DNA of 32,000 bases from Formosa sp. Hel1_33_131 (GTDB lineage Bacteria; Bacteroidota; Bacteroidia; Flavobacteriales; Flavobacteriaceae), in NCBI RefSeq assembly GCF_001735745.1, contig NZ_CP017260.1, positions 2,580,001 to 2,612,000 of the forward strand. Direction: 5' to 3'. Positions within the stretch are counted from its first letter, which is position 1; each line of letters opens with the position of its first letter. The notes below the pieces were generated by a model, which was given only the letters and a program-made list of their open reading frames with translations, did not search any database and was not told the origin of the DNA. A program made the translations under genes and the position numbers. Positions 17,134-25,502 of the stretch are shown here, in pieces.

Positions 17134-17403
17134 ATGAGATTTAAACTATTAAAAAAGATGATAAGCCTTATTGCAAACAAGGCAACTAGAAAAGAAATAT
17201 ACCTAGAGTTGGGGGCGCACTTTATTAAAAAAGGTGCTAATTATCAAGTTGGCGAAATTCTTTATAAGAAGAAAATTCAAGGCGACCATAAACTCTACAA
17301 AGCTAAGGTAGTAACAAACTTATATTTTGAATTTGATACCAACAAAATTTATGTAAGACGCAACAACCGCTTTGTGACGCCAAATCAAGTGGTCAAAAAA
17401 TAA
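17134..17403 (+). CDS. Hypothetical basic protein between TerS and TerL
   Basis: 89-aa ORF with a TAATG stop/start overlap with TerL. Confidence 0.5.
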   Translation: MRFKLLKKMISLIANKATRKEIYLELGAHFIKKGANYQVGEILYKKKIQGDHKLYKAKVVTNLYFEFDTNKIYVRRNNRFVTPNQVVKK

Positions 17404-18917
17404 TGAGAAAAGAAGACAAACAAGCATTAGAACGCTATAAAAAGCGGTTAGAATTTGCGAAAAGTGCGGGTACAGTGAATGCTTTTGAAACAAAAGTAGA
17501 ACAAACTGCACGCATTGATCGAGCAAAAAAAGACTATGCTTTTATGTGTCAACAATATTTTCCGCATTATGCAACATGTGAACCAGCAGAATGCCATTTA
17601 AAGGCTGCAAGACAAGTAATAAAAAATCCAACTATTAAGAAGTTTGACGAATTACCTCGGGGGTTTGGTAAGTCAGTAATGGACGATGTTTTATTGCCTT
17701 TTTGGCTTTGGATGAATGACCAAGCGCATTACATGGTGGTGGTTACGGTTAGCAAAGACCGGGCTAGTGAATTACTTGAAGATTTACGTGCCGAATTTGA
17801 AGGCAACCCAAAAATTATAAACGACTTTGGTGAACAACACAATATTGGGCAATGGGAAAAAGGTTTTTTTATTACCAAAAGTGGGTTTGTAGGCAAAGCA
17901 TTGGGTGCTGGTCAATCCGTACGTGGTTTGCGTGTAAAAAGCAGAAGGCCAGATTACATTGTAGTAGATGATCTGGAAACGAAGGAAACCATTAAAAACC
18001 CAAAACGCCAAAACGAATATGTAAAATGGATTGAACGTGATTTAATCCCAACGATGGATGGCGACATACGACGTTTTGTCTATGCCAATAACCGCTTTGC
18101 TCCAGTAATGATACAAACCAAATTACAGGAACGCCACCCAAAATGGATTGTGAACCATGTAAAGGCGTACGATCCTATTACCTATAAGCCAACTTGGCCA
18201 GCCAAGTATAGCGACACCTATTACAAAGAATTAGAAGATGAAATTGGGACGCTTGCTTTAGAAGCAGAATATTTACAAAAGCCACATATTGAAGGTGAAA
18301 TCTTTAAAATAGAACACATTCAATATTGCAAGCATCTTAGATTAAATCAATTTAAACACATCGTTGGCACCTGGGATGTTGCGTATAGCGGTAAGAGTAC
18401 AGGCGATTACAACGCTATTGCAGTACAGGGCTTACACCAAAAGAACTTTTATGTTATTGATGGGTTTGTAAAGCAATGCAAAATGCGTGAAGCTGTGGCC
18501 TATATGTGCGATTTTCAAAAACGGTTGCCACCAACAGTAATGGTGCATTGGAAATTTGAAGCCCAATTTTGGAATGATGAAGTAGAACGTGTCATAAAGG
18601 AAACCCAAAAAGCTTTTGGCATCATCTTAAACATCACCAAGCTTTTTGTACCAAAGGTTAAAAAGTACGATCGGATTTTAAGCTTGCACCCATATTATCA
18701 AAATAACCGCATTTTCTATTTCGAGAAATTAAAGGCAAGCAATGATGTGCAAGTAGGCATAACACAGCTGCTTGGAATAGAACCAGGTTACAAAACACAT
18801 GACGATTTTCCAGATACACACCAACAGGGTATTACCATACTGGAAACCTACAATGTGCCAGAGGGTGCCAACCAATATAAACAAGGTAAAATGTTGCCTA
18901 AAAACGAACGGATATGA
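17403..18917 (+). CDS. terL: Terminase large subunit
   Basis: 504 aa. Walker A-like LPRGFGKSV, Walker B DYIVVDDLE, and a C-terminal nuclease-size domain. Confidence 0.85.
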   Translation: MRKEDKQALERYKKRLEFAKSAGTVNAFETKVEQTARIDRAKKDYAFMCQQYFPHYATCEPAECHLKAARQVIKNPTIKKFDELPRGFGKSVMDDVLLPFWLWMNDQAHYMVVVTVSKDRASELLEDLRAEFEGNPKIINDFGEQHNIGQWEKGFFITKSGFVGKALGAGQSVRGLRVKSRRPDYIVVDDLETKETIKNPKRQNEYVKWIERDLIPTMDGDIRRFVYANNRFAPVMIQTKLQERHPKWIVNHVKAYDPITYKPTWPAKYSDTYYKELEDEIGTLALEAEYLQKPHIEGEIFKIEHIQYCKHLRLNQFKHIVGTWDVAYSGKSTGDYNAIAVQGLHQKNFYVIDGFVKQCKMREAVAYMCDFQKRLPPTVMVHWKFEAQFWNDEVERVIKETQKAFGIILNITKLFVPKVKKYDRILSLHPYYQNNRIFYFEKLKASNDVQVGITQLLGIEPGYKTHDDFPDTHQQGITILETYNVPEGANQYKQGKMLPKNERI

Positions 18918-19333
18918 TTTACTTAACGGATGATGATTTACTAACCGATAGTTTTCAGCGCTTTATTGATGAAAGCTCAAAAGACAATGAAGATGTGGTT
19001 GCTAATGCAGAACTAAAATGTATTGGCATCATTAAAACAATGCTTAAAGGGCGTTATAATACGGAGCTGATTTTTGATGAAACAGATCCCGTACGTGATG
19101 AGTTTTTAGCAGACATCTTAACCAAATTAACGCTACACAAAATATTTGGGCGTAATGCAGCACGTAAAGTACCAACAGACGTTAAAGACAATTACGATTG
19201 GGCCATGAAGCAATTAGGGTTGCTAAATGCAGGAAAATTACAGCTCGAATTACCAAGCCCCACAAACACCGATGGCACAGCTTCAGCTGCACCAATGTTT
19301 GGCAATAATACAAATCCAGATTTTTATATATAA
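18914..19333 (+). CDS. Head-tail connector protein (Mu gp36 / DUF1320-like)
   Basis: 139 aa. The pattern LTDDDL...AELKCIGIIKTMLKGRY...DILTKLTLHKIF...YDWAMKQLGLLNAGKL matches my recollection of this family. Confidence 0.5.
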   Translation: MIYLTDDDLLTDSFQRFIDESSKDNEDVVANAELKCIGIIKTMLKGRYNTELIFDETDPVRDEFLADILTKLTLHKIFGRNAARKVPTDVKDNYDWAMKQLGLLNAGKLQLELPSPTNTDGTASAAPMFGNNTNPDFYI

Positions 19334-20598
19334 TGAAAATACCTAAAATTATACACAACGCCGTTGCAAGATATGTTTTTAAAAATACCGATGAGCGCAC
19401 CTTAAAAGTTGTTGCAGCAACAAAGTCTGGTAACAGTAAAAGTTTAAGCGACCAAACCGAAAAAGAAGCGATTAGTATGCAGGCTAAAACACTTGCAGAT
19501 TGGAAGCTCGCATTAACATTGGCTAGTGATCCAGAAGAACCCACTTTTGGAGCATTAGAAAAATTATATCAAAATCTGGAGTTAGACAACCATTTAGTAG
19601 CTACGATTGAAAACAGAATAGAGCCGGTGCAAGGCACGCCATTTAAACTCACAGACCAATCTGGTAAAGAAAATGAAGAAGCCAAAGAACTATTTGAAGC
19701 AATGTGGTTTATAGATTTTATAGGGGTGTGTTTGCGTTCAAAGTTTCAAGGTACTAAAGTGGTTGAATTATTCGACCTAGACGAAAACATGCACCTAGAA
19801 AGCATCACAGAAGTACCTAAGGCACATGTGATACCATCAAAAGGTATTATTACAAAAGAAGCTGGTGGTACAACTGGATGGAATTATAAAGAAGGTATTT
19901 TTGCAGATCAATACATTCAAATTGGAAAAAATGATTTTCTTGGGATGTACGCACAGCTTGCGCCAATTGTACTCGCTAAAAAATTAGGCTTTGGTTCGTG
20001 GTTAGATTATGTAGAAAAGTATGGTGTGCCTCCAATTTTCGCCATTACAGACCGTGAAGATCAAGCACGTTTAGACCAACTCTACAATGCGTTGTTAAAT
20101 TTCAAGTCCAACAACTTCATGGTAGGTCGTGGGCAGGAAAAATTTGAGATTGGTAAAGATACTGGTGGAGGCTCTTTTGATATTTTTGATAAGCTAATTG
20201 AACGGGCAAATAGCGAACTATCTAAACGTATTTTAGGCGGTACCGGTACAACCGACGAAAAAAGCCACGTGGGTGCTGCAAATGTACATGCAGACATCTT
20301 GGCAACGAAGCACAAGCTAGATAAGTTTTTTGTAAAAGTTATTATTAATAATCAGTTAATCCCACGGCTCGTAAAGATAAGCCCCATATACGCATCCTTA
20401 GCTAATCTTAAATTTGATTGGGATGATGCCGAAACATTAACGTTAAAAGAGTTTATAGACACCGTTAAAGCTTTAAGTGCCTATTATGAAATTGATATCG
20501 AAGAATTGGCAACACGTACAGGCATTCCAATTACGGGTTTAAAAAATGCAATGGCAACACCACCAACCGATCCAGATCCTCAAAAAAAAAAGGAGTAA
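19333..20598 (+). CDS. Portal protein (Mu gp29 / DUF935-like)
   Basis: 421 aa, lying between the TerL/gp36-like genes and the MuF-like gene. It ends in a 10-A run. Confidence 0.7.
   Translation: MKIPKIIHNAVARYVFKNTDERTLKVVAATKSGNSKSLSDQTEKEAISMQAKTLADWKLALTLASDPEEPTFGALEKLYQNLELDNHLVATIENRIEPVQGTPFKLTDQSGKENEEAKELFEAMWFIDFIGVCLRSKFQGTKVVELFDLDENMHLESITEVPKAHVIPSKGIITKEAGGTTGWNYKEGIFADQYIQIGKNDFLGMYAQLAPIVLAKKLGFGSWLDYVEKYGVPPIFAITDREDQARLDQLYNALLNFKSNNFMVGRGQEKFEIGKDTGGGSFDIFDKLIERANSELSKRILGGTGTTDEKSHVGAANVHADILATKHKLDKFFVKVIINNQLIPRLVKISPIYASLANLKFDWDDAETLTLKEFIDTVKALSAYYEIDIEELATRTGIPITGLKNAMATPPTDPDPQKKKE
20582..20592 (+). promoter_or_regulatory. Candidate -1 recoding or transcriptional slippage site at the portal stop
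   Basis: CAA AAA AAA AAG GAG TAA contains A_AAA_AAA and A_AAA_AAG. The -1 frame is open from 20496 into the MuF ORF. Confidence 0.35.
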
Positions 20599-20666
20599 CT
20601 GAAGCGTTTACAAATATTGAGGCCTATTATAATGCGCCTTCATGTTCTCACGACCATGCAGCACCT

Positions 20667-21866
20667 GTGGCAATAGATTTAAATGGTTGGAATAAGACCA
20701 TTACACGCATTGCAAAACATCTACACACTGGGAAGTTAAAACCAAGTGATTTAGACCAGGATCTAATACAGCGCACATTTACTGAGCTTAATAAGGCTGC
20801 TGCTGAAGGTTATGGCGCAAACTACACCAGTTACAGTACAGAAAACAGTAAAACGGTACAACAGCTTCAGCAAAACATTTACCAGTTTAGTGCTGCTAAG
20901 ACGTTTCAGCAATTACAGAAATACAATAGTTTATTAGTAGATGAAAACGGCAAAGAACGTTCATTTTCTAGCTTTAAAAAGGCAGTATTAGCGGTGCATC
21001 CAAAATATAACACGAACTACTTACAAGCCGAATATCAAACCGCAAAAGCATCGGCGCAAATGGCAAGAAAGTGGCAAGGGTTTCAACGCAATAAAGCACG
21101 ATTTCCATATCTTAAATACAAAACAGTTGGAGACGACCACGTGCGTGACGATCACCAAAGGTTACAAAACTTTACAGCCCATATTGATGATCGTATATGG
21201 GACAAGATCTACCCACCCAACGGATGGCGGTGTCGCTGTTATATTGTGCAAACGAATGAAGCAAGTAATGAACCATCACCAGATACAAGCTTTATAGATC
21301 CTGAATTTAGTTTAAATGTGGGCAAAACGGGTGTAATATTCTCACCAGAACACCCCTATTTTGTGTTCCCTAAAAAAGATGAAGACAGTTATAAAAAGGC
21401 ATTTGAAACCTTTAAACTGATTGCTCCTTATGGAAAAGCAAAGTTTACAGCTAAAAATGGAGCTAAAGTATTTGTCAGTCCGTTTGCAGATCCTAACGAT
21501 TTAGAACACAATTTTGAAGTGGCTAAAGTGATGGCGAACACGCTTAAAAAGACTATAAAAATACGTCCGCATACGGATGGTACTGTAATCCTCAATGCAA
21601 AAAATCCAGAATACTTAGTCAATAAAAAAATCGCAGATTTAAAAGCTCCAAAAGGAGTCGCTTTAAAAAATATTTTTAAGAAGGCTAACAAACAAAAAAC
21701 AAAGGTGGTGGTGATTGATTTATTAAACAATCCAAATTCATTTGCACAAATGAAATTAGCGATTATAAAAAGGCTTGGTATAACTGATATTTATCCAAAT
21801 ATTGAAGAAGTGATTTTAATTTCAAAAGACCGTAAAACAATTGAAGTAATTAAACGCAAAAAGTAA
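20667..21866 (+). CDS. MuF-like minor head protein (Phage_Mu_F / SPP1 gp7 family)
   Basis: GDDHVRDDHQRLQNF...IYPPNGWRCRCYIV is the MuF signature. Its only nearby start candidate is GTG. Confidence 0.85.
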   Translation: MAIDLNGWNKTITRIAKHLHTGKLKPSDLDQDLIQRTFTELNKAAAEGYGANYTSYSTENSKTVQQLQQNIYQFSAAKTFQQLQKYNSLLVDENGKERSFSSFKKAVLAVHPKYNTNYLQAEYQTAKASAQMARKWQGFQRNKARFPYLKYKTVGDDHVRDDHQRLQNFTAHIDDRIWDKIYPPNGWRCRCYIVQTNEASNEPSPDTSFIDPEFSLNVGKTGVIFSPEHPYFVFPKKDEDSYKKAFETFKLIAPYGKAKFTAKNGAKVFVSPFADPNDLEHNFEVAKVMANTLKKTIKIRPHTDGTVILNAKNPEYLVNKKIADLKAPKGVALKNIFKKANKQKTKVVVIDLLNNPNSFAQMKLAIIKRLGITDIYPNIEEVILISKDRKTIEVIKRKK

Positions 21867-21878
21867 GACACAAAAAAA

Positions 21879-21903
21879 AGCAACCCGAAGATTGCTCTTT
21901 TGT
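21879..21903 (+). terminator. Weak stem-loop after the MuF-like gene
   Basis: An A8 run, AGCAA-cccgaaga-TTGCT, then CTTTTGT. Confidence 0.3.
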
Positions 21904-21958
21904 AACTAATTTCTTGAAATTACTCGCGACCCTTGTTACAGTACAAATATACAAAAAA

Positions 21959-22471
21959 ATGAATAAAGCAAACAAAATACCAGATTTTTTAGCCATGAGC
22001 CAACAGCTACTAAAGGACTTACAAAGTGATGCTGAAATAAAAGGTATGGAATTTATACATAGCAATTTTGAAAAACAAGGGTTTACAGATAACGCTTTTG
22101 AGGCGTGGAAACCGCGTAAAGAAAGTATGAGCTATAATTTATTACGTGTGACTAACAACCTGTTTAATTCTATAAATGTAGCAAGTAGCACACCAGAACG
22201 CATAACATTTGAAGCAGATGCACCTTATGCATCAATACACAATGAAGGGGGCATACTCAATGTGCCTATTACCGAACGGTCCCGTAAATACTTTTGGTTC
22301 ATGTTCAAGCAAACAGGCAAAGGGATGTGGCGGGCGATGGCTTTAACCAAAAAAACCCGATTGACTATTAAAATCGACCAAAGGCAATTCATGGGTCATA
22401 GTAACACCTTTTCTGAAGATTGGAATAACCATGTAACACAAGAAATTTTAACACGATTTAAAAACCTTTAA
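21959..22471 (+). CDS. Virion morphogenesis / head-tail completion protein (Mu gpG or HK97 gp10-like)
   Basis: IHSNFEKQGFTDNAFEAWKPRK...APYASIHNEGG pattern. I prefer ATG 21959 over the TTG 21914 used in the ORF track. Confidence 0.5.
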   Translation: MNKANKIPDFLAMSQQLLKDLQSDAEIKGMEFIHSNFEKQGFTDNAFEAWKPRKESMSYNLLRVTNNLFNSINVASSTPERITFEADAPYASIHNEGGILNVPITERSRKYFWFMFKQTGKGMWRAMALTKKTRLTIKIDQRQFMGHSNTFSEDWNNHVTQEILTRFKNL

Positions 22472-22484
22472 AACACCTTTTAAA

Positions 22485-22997
22485 ATGCAAAACTGGAAAG
22501 ATTTATACCAAGAACATGCGACAGCTGTAGAAACGAAGCTACCAGAAATAGAATGGTTTGATTTATGGCACAACCAGGTTAATTTTTTAACAGAAGAACA
22601 CCCCTTTAGCACACCTGCTTTATTTGTATCCTATCGAACAATAGGGATAGAAGATATTGGCGAAAAAGTACAAAAAGTAAACTTACAGGTAGATTTTTAT
22701 TTATACTATGAAACCTTTTTAGATACTTTTAGTGGCGCTTACAACCAACAAAGTGCTTTAGCTTTTATTGACCTCATGGATAAAATAAATGCTGTTTTTC
22801 ATGGTACAAGTGGCAAAAACTACAGCGAAATGAGACGTATTAATTTTGCACCCGTAGATACAGGGAATGCTGGCAATTTATACCGAATTAGCTACAGCTG
22901 TGTATTGCTAGATTACAGTGCTAAAAGTGGGTGTGTAGAAGAACAAAATGATGCCGATGTCAGTTTTGATAAAATCTCCTTTGAAATTGGACACTAA
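22485..22997 (+). CDS. Hypothetical head/neck protein
   Basis: 170-aa ORF, the last gene of the + strand late operon. Confidence 0.5.
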   Translation: MQNWKDLYQEHATAVETKLPEIEWFDLWHNQVNFLTEEHPFSTPALFVSYRTIGIEDIGEKVQKVNLQVDFYLYYETFLDTFSGAYNQQSALAFIDLMDKINAVFHGTSGKNYSEMRRINFAPVDTGNAGNLYRISYSCVLLDYSAKSGCVEEQNDADVSFDKISFEIGH

Positions 22998-23028
22998 AAA
23001 AACCAGTTAAATTAACTGGCTCTTTTTT
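22996..23028. terminator. Bidirectional rho-independent terminator between convergent operons
   Basis: An A7 run, CCAGTTAA-a-TTAACTGG (23003-23019), then CTCTTTTTT. Confidence 0.6.
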
Positions 23029-23206
23029 CGTATTTGTAAAATAATATATCTTCGATGGTCTTGGTGGTTTTATAAAACTTTTTGGCTAAAGCTGCTTTAA
23101 TATACGCATTGCTATATTTCTGGACACCAAAGCTTTTTACATTACAAAGGCGCTGGTGTTCTTCTCTAACAGCTTCATAGAGTCGTATGGTGGTGTCTCG
23201 TTGCAT
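23012..23206 (-). CDS. Small HTH-like protein (candidate Mor/C-type late activator)
   Basis: 64 aa. IKAALAKKFYKTTKTIEDILFY looks like a helix-turn-helix. It is the last gene of the leftward early/middle transcription unit. Confidence 0.35.
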   Translation of the reverse strand: MQRDTTIRLYEAVREEHQRLCNVKSFGVQKYSNAYIKAALAKKFYKTTKTIEDILFYKYEKRAS

Positions 23207-23251
23207 TACTTACAAAGTAAATACAAACTATTTAAATATCAAAATCGGGTT

Positions 23252-23644
23252 TTACTCGGTGGCTTTTTCGTACTCTTTTTTATCTTCTGACAACATCCGT
23301 TGATTTTGTGGTGTTATATTTTCAAAAGGATACAAAACATTTGCTTTGTCATACAATTCCAATGCTTTCTTTGCTGTTTCTTTTTGTAAATCTCCATCTA
23401 AATTAATTAGGTGAATAGCGACATAATAATATCTTTCACTTAACAGATAAAGCAAAAAAGCTTTGCCTTTATTGCATTTTTCTACAGGAGTTACAAAACA
23501 TTTTTCTTCTAATAACTGTAAACCTTCTTTTAACTGTTTTGAAGTGGCTCTAACTCTTACTTGTTCTTTAATAATTTCTTCAACTGTTTGTGCTTGTGAT
23601 AGGCTAAAACTGAATAGTAATGCAATAAGTAGGAGTTTTTTCAT
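23252..23644 (-). CDS. Secreted helical protein (moron)
   Basis: Signal peptide MKKLLLIALLFSFSLSQA|QT. ~32% GC in a spot count. Confidence 0.6.
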   Translation of the reverse strand: MKKLLLIALLFSFSLSQAQTVEEIIKEQVRVRATSKQLKEGLQLLEEKCFVTPVEKCNKGKAFLLYLLSERYYYVAIHLINLDGDLQKETAKKALELYDKANVLYPFENITPQNQRMLSEDKKEYEKATE

Positions 23645-23697
23645 GATTTAGAGGTTTGGACTAAAGATAATAAAAATACTTTAAATGAAAAACGGAA

Positions 23698-24588
23698 TTA
23701 TATTAATGACATTTGATTGTCATCTGATGGTCTTGGATTTATTTTTATGACTTCTATAATTTCGTGTGTAGTACTTATAACTTCGTAATTATAATCATAT
23801 TTAACAGTAATTTTAACCATACAGACCAAAGAGTCTTGCGGACGAACATCTATTTTCCTATTCTGAAAATCTTTTAACCAATCTTCGTGTGTTATTTTTG
23901 CAGAGATTGTTCCGTTTCCGTGTTTGAATGACCATTTTGAATCGCCTAAATAATCTGGTTTCTTGACTTTTAAAATCATTTTGGAATTAGATTCTAATTC
24001 TTCTTCCGTTATCAAATCTTCCATTGACTCGACATCAATTTTCAAATTAAGATTGAAAGATGCGTTTCCGAATGGAGATTCATAAGAAACCTTATCTGTA
24101 TCTGAAAGAACTTCTAACGACTGATTTATGTTGTCTATGTTTTTAATTATGGTTTTTTTATTTGTCGGAACATAAGTCGGAATTTGGTCAATTCCTGTTT
24201 CAGTTGCTGCTTTTTTTAATTCCATCTCAATCACTTCTATTTCAGTTGCGTCAGTTAATCTAACTTTACCTTCTAAAACATTTAAAGCAATGTATTTTGC
24301 TTTTAACAAATAATGACCTATCATTTTTTTATAATCTAAATCACCAATAGCACTATCTGGAACTTTTCTTAATGCGTTTGCTAAAATTGTTTTTAAAGAA
24401 CCTTTTTCTACATCTTCGAGAATTAAAACAGTTTCAATTTTATTATCAATATGTTTGACTAAATCTTTATCGAATTGTTCAAACGATTCAATTAAAGAAG
24501 CCATTGATTTAAAAACTCTCGATGGATTTGGAGATTTCTTATCAAAGTCTATAATTATACTAAAATCATTGTTTTCTTTTAGTTTCAT
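23698..24588 (-). CDS. Orphan 296-aa protein, no recognisable motif
   Basis: Long clean ORF, 25-30% GC in spot counts against ~37% for the phage backbone. A 128-nt upstream gap holds a TATATTTG -7 box. Confidence 0.6.
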   Translation of the reverse strand: MKLKENNDFSIIIDFDKKSPNPSRVFKSMASLIESFEQFDKDLVKHIDNKIETVLILEDVEKGSLKTILANALRKVPDSAIGDLDYKKMIGHYLLKAKYIALNVLEGKVRLTDATEIEVIEMELKKAATETGIDQIPTYVPTNKKTIIKNIDNINQSLEVLSDTDKVSYESPFGNASFNLNLKIDVESMEDLITEEELESNSKMILKVKKPDYLGDSKWSFKHGNGTISAKITHEDWLKDFQNRKIDVRPQDSLVCMVKITVKYDYNYEVISTTHEIIEVIKINPRPSDDNQMSLI

Positions 24589-24608
24589 CTAACAGATTTT
24601 ACTAAAAA

Positions 24609-24616
24609 CAAATATA
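24609..24616 (-). promoter_or_regulatory. Bacteroidota-type -7 promoter element (TAnnTTTG)
   Basis: The reverse complement reads TATATTTG, ~20 nt upstream of ATG 24588. Confidence 0.35.
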
Positions 24617-24716
24617 CAAAATATAGGTAAAAGTATACGTTATTTTTGCTTCCTTAGTAAGGATGTTTACTTTATTTTCAGTTCTTGCGCTTGGGATGCA
24701 CCCCATATTTCCAGTT

Positions 24717-25145
24717 TCAGAAAAGCTCAATCATAACACCAGAAAATTCTTTAGCGGTGAACCAGTCTGTAAAATCAGCTGCAGTATCAAATCCTTCACG
24801 CTTAACAATATGATTAATTGCGCAATTATCACTACAAACACCATTTATTGACATTTCAAAACCGTTATGGCTGTTGGTTATAAAAACTCTATGGGTTGCC
24901 ATTTCATAAACTCTAGCAAACTCCACTTGTTTACTTCGATAGGGTTTATCACTCCAATAGCGTAGCGATAAAAAGGCACGACCTTCGTTTACTTCATGCC
25001 TTATTTTTCGCCATCTTTTTTCATTACCTCTTATTGTGGTGGTTTTAGTTTTTGTAAGAAGTTTGTCTATAAAATTTGTCGCCTCCCCTTTTCTTGTATG
25101 ATGCGATGGAAATTTTTTTGAAAATGTTAATACAATTGTTTTCAT
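24717..25145 (-). CDS. ASCH/PUA-like domain protein
   Basis: FPSHHTRKGEATNFIDKLLTKTKTTTIRGNEKRW resembles the ASCH beta-barrel N-terminal pattern (G-x-K-x-x-TIR). Confidence 0.4.
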   Translation of the reverse strand: MKTIVLTFSKKFPSHHTRKGEATNFIDKLLTKTKTTTIRGNEKRWRKIRHEVNEGRAFLSLRYWSDKPYRSKQVEFARVYEMATHRVFITNSHNGFEMSINGVCSDNCAINHIVKREGFDTAADFTDWFTAKEFSGVMIELF

Positions 25146-25163
25146 TCTAACCTTTATTTTAAA

Positions 25164-25499
25164 TTAGTGTTTAAGCCCACAGTTACTGCAGTATACTATT
25201 TCTTTGTCGTCTATTACTGGCATATCGTTTTCACATTCAAAACAATGCATCCAGAAAACTTGATCATCATCAGGTGATACTGGTTTTTGCTTTGCTACAC
25301 TTTTGTTAAACCATCGACGTATTACATACCCTCTTAATATGCTTATCGCAGTAAAAAATAATGTAATGATGATATTTTTACCAGCTGAACTAGCGATACC
25401 TACTAAAGGAAATATTAAAAAGGTAGAAGCAAAGGATATTAAAAAGCCCACAGCTGTATTAATACACGCTTCTGCTAGTGATTGTTTTTTAGTTTGCAT
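25164..25499 (-). CDS. Two-TM membrane protein with a C-terminal zinc ribbon
   Basis: Hydrophobic segments INTAVGFLISFASTFLIFPLVGI and IIITLFFTAISIL, then CFEC...14 aa...CSNC. Confidence 0.55.
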   Translation of the reverse strand: MQTKKQSLAEACINTAVGFLISFASTFLIFPLVGIASSAGKNIIITLFFTAISILRGYVIRRWFNKSVAKQKPVSPDDDQVFWMHCFECENDMPVIDDKEIVYCSNCGLKH

Positions 25500-25502
25500 G
25501 GT

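Noticed and set aside
20591-20595. AGGAG after the A-run considered as a Shine-Dalgarno sequence for the MuF gene
   Set aside because: It lies ~72 nt upstream of the GTG. Other genes in this window lack SD sequences, as expected for a Bacteroidota-type host.
21914-21958. TTG start extension of the gpG/gp10-like ORF given in the ORF track
   Set aside because: The extension (MKLLATLVTVQIYKK) overlaps a putative stem-loop and promoter space. An ATG at 21959 preceded by an A-rich leader is the more plausible start.
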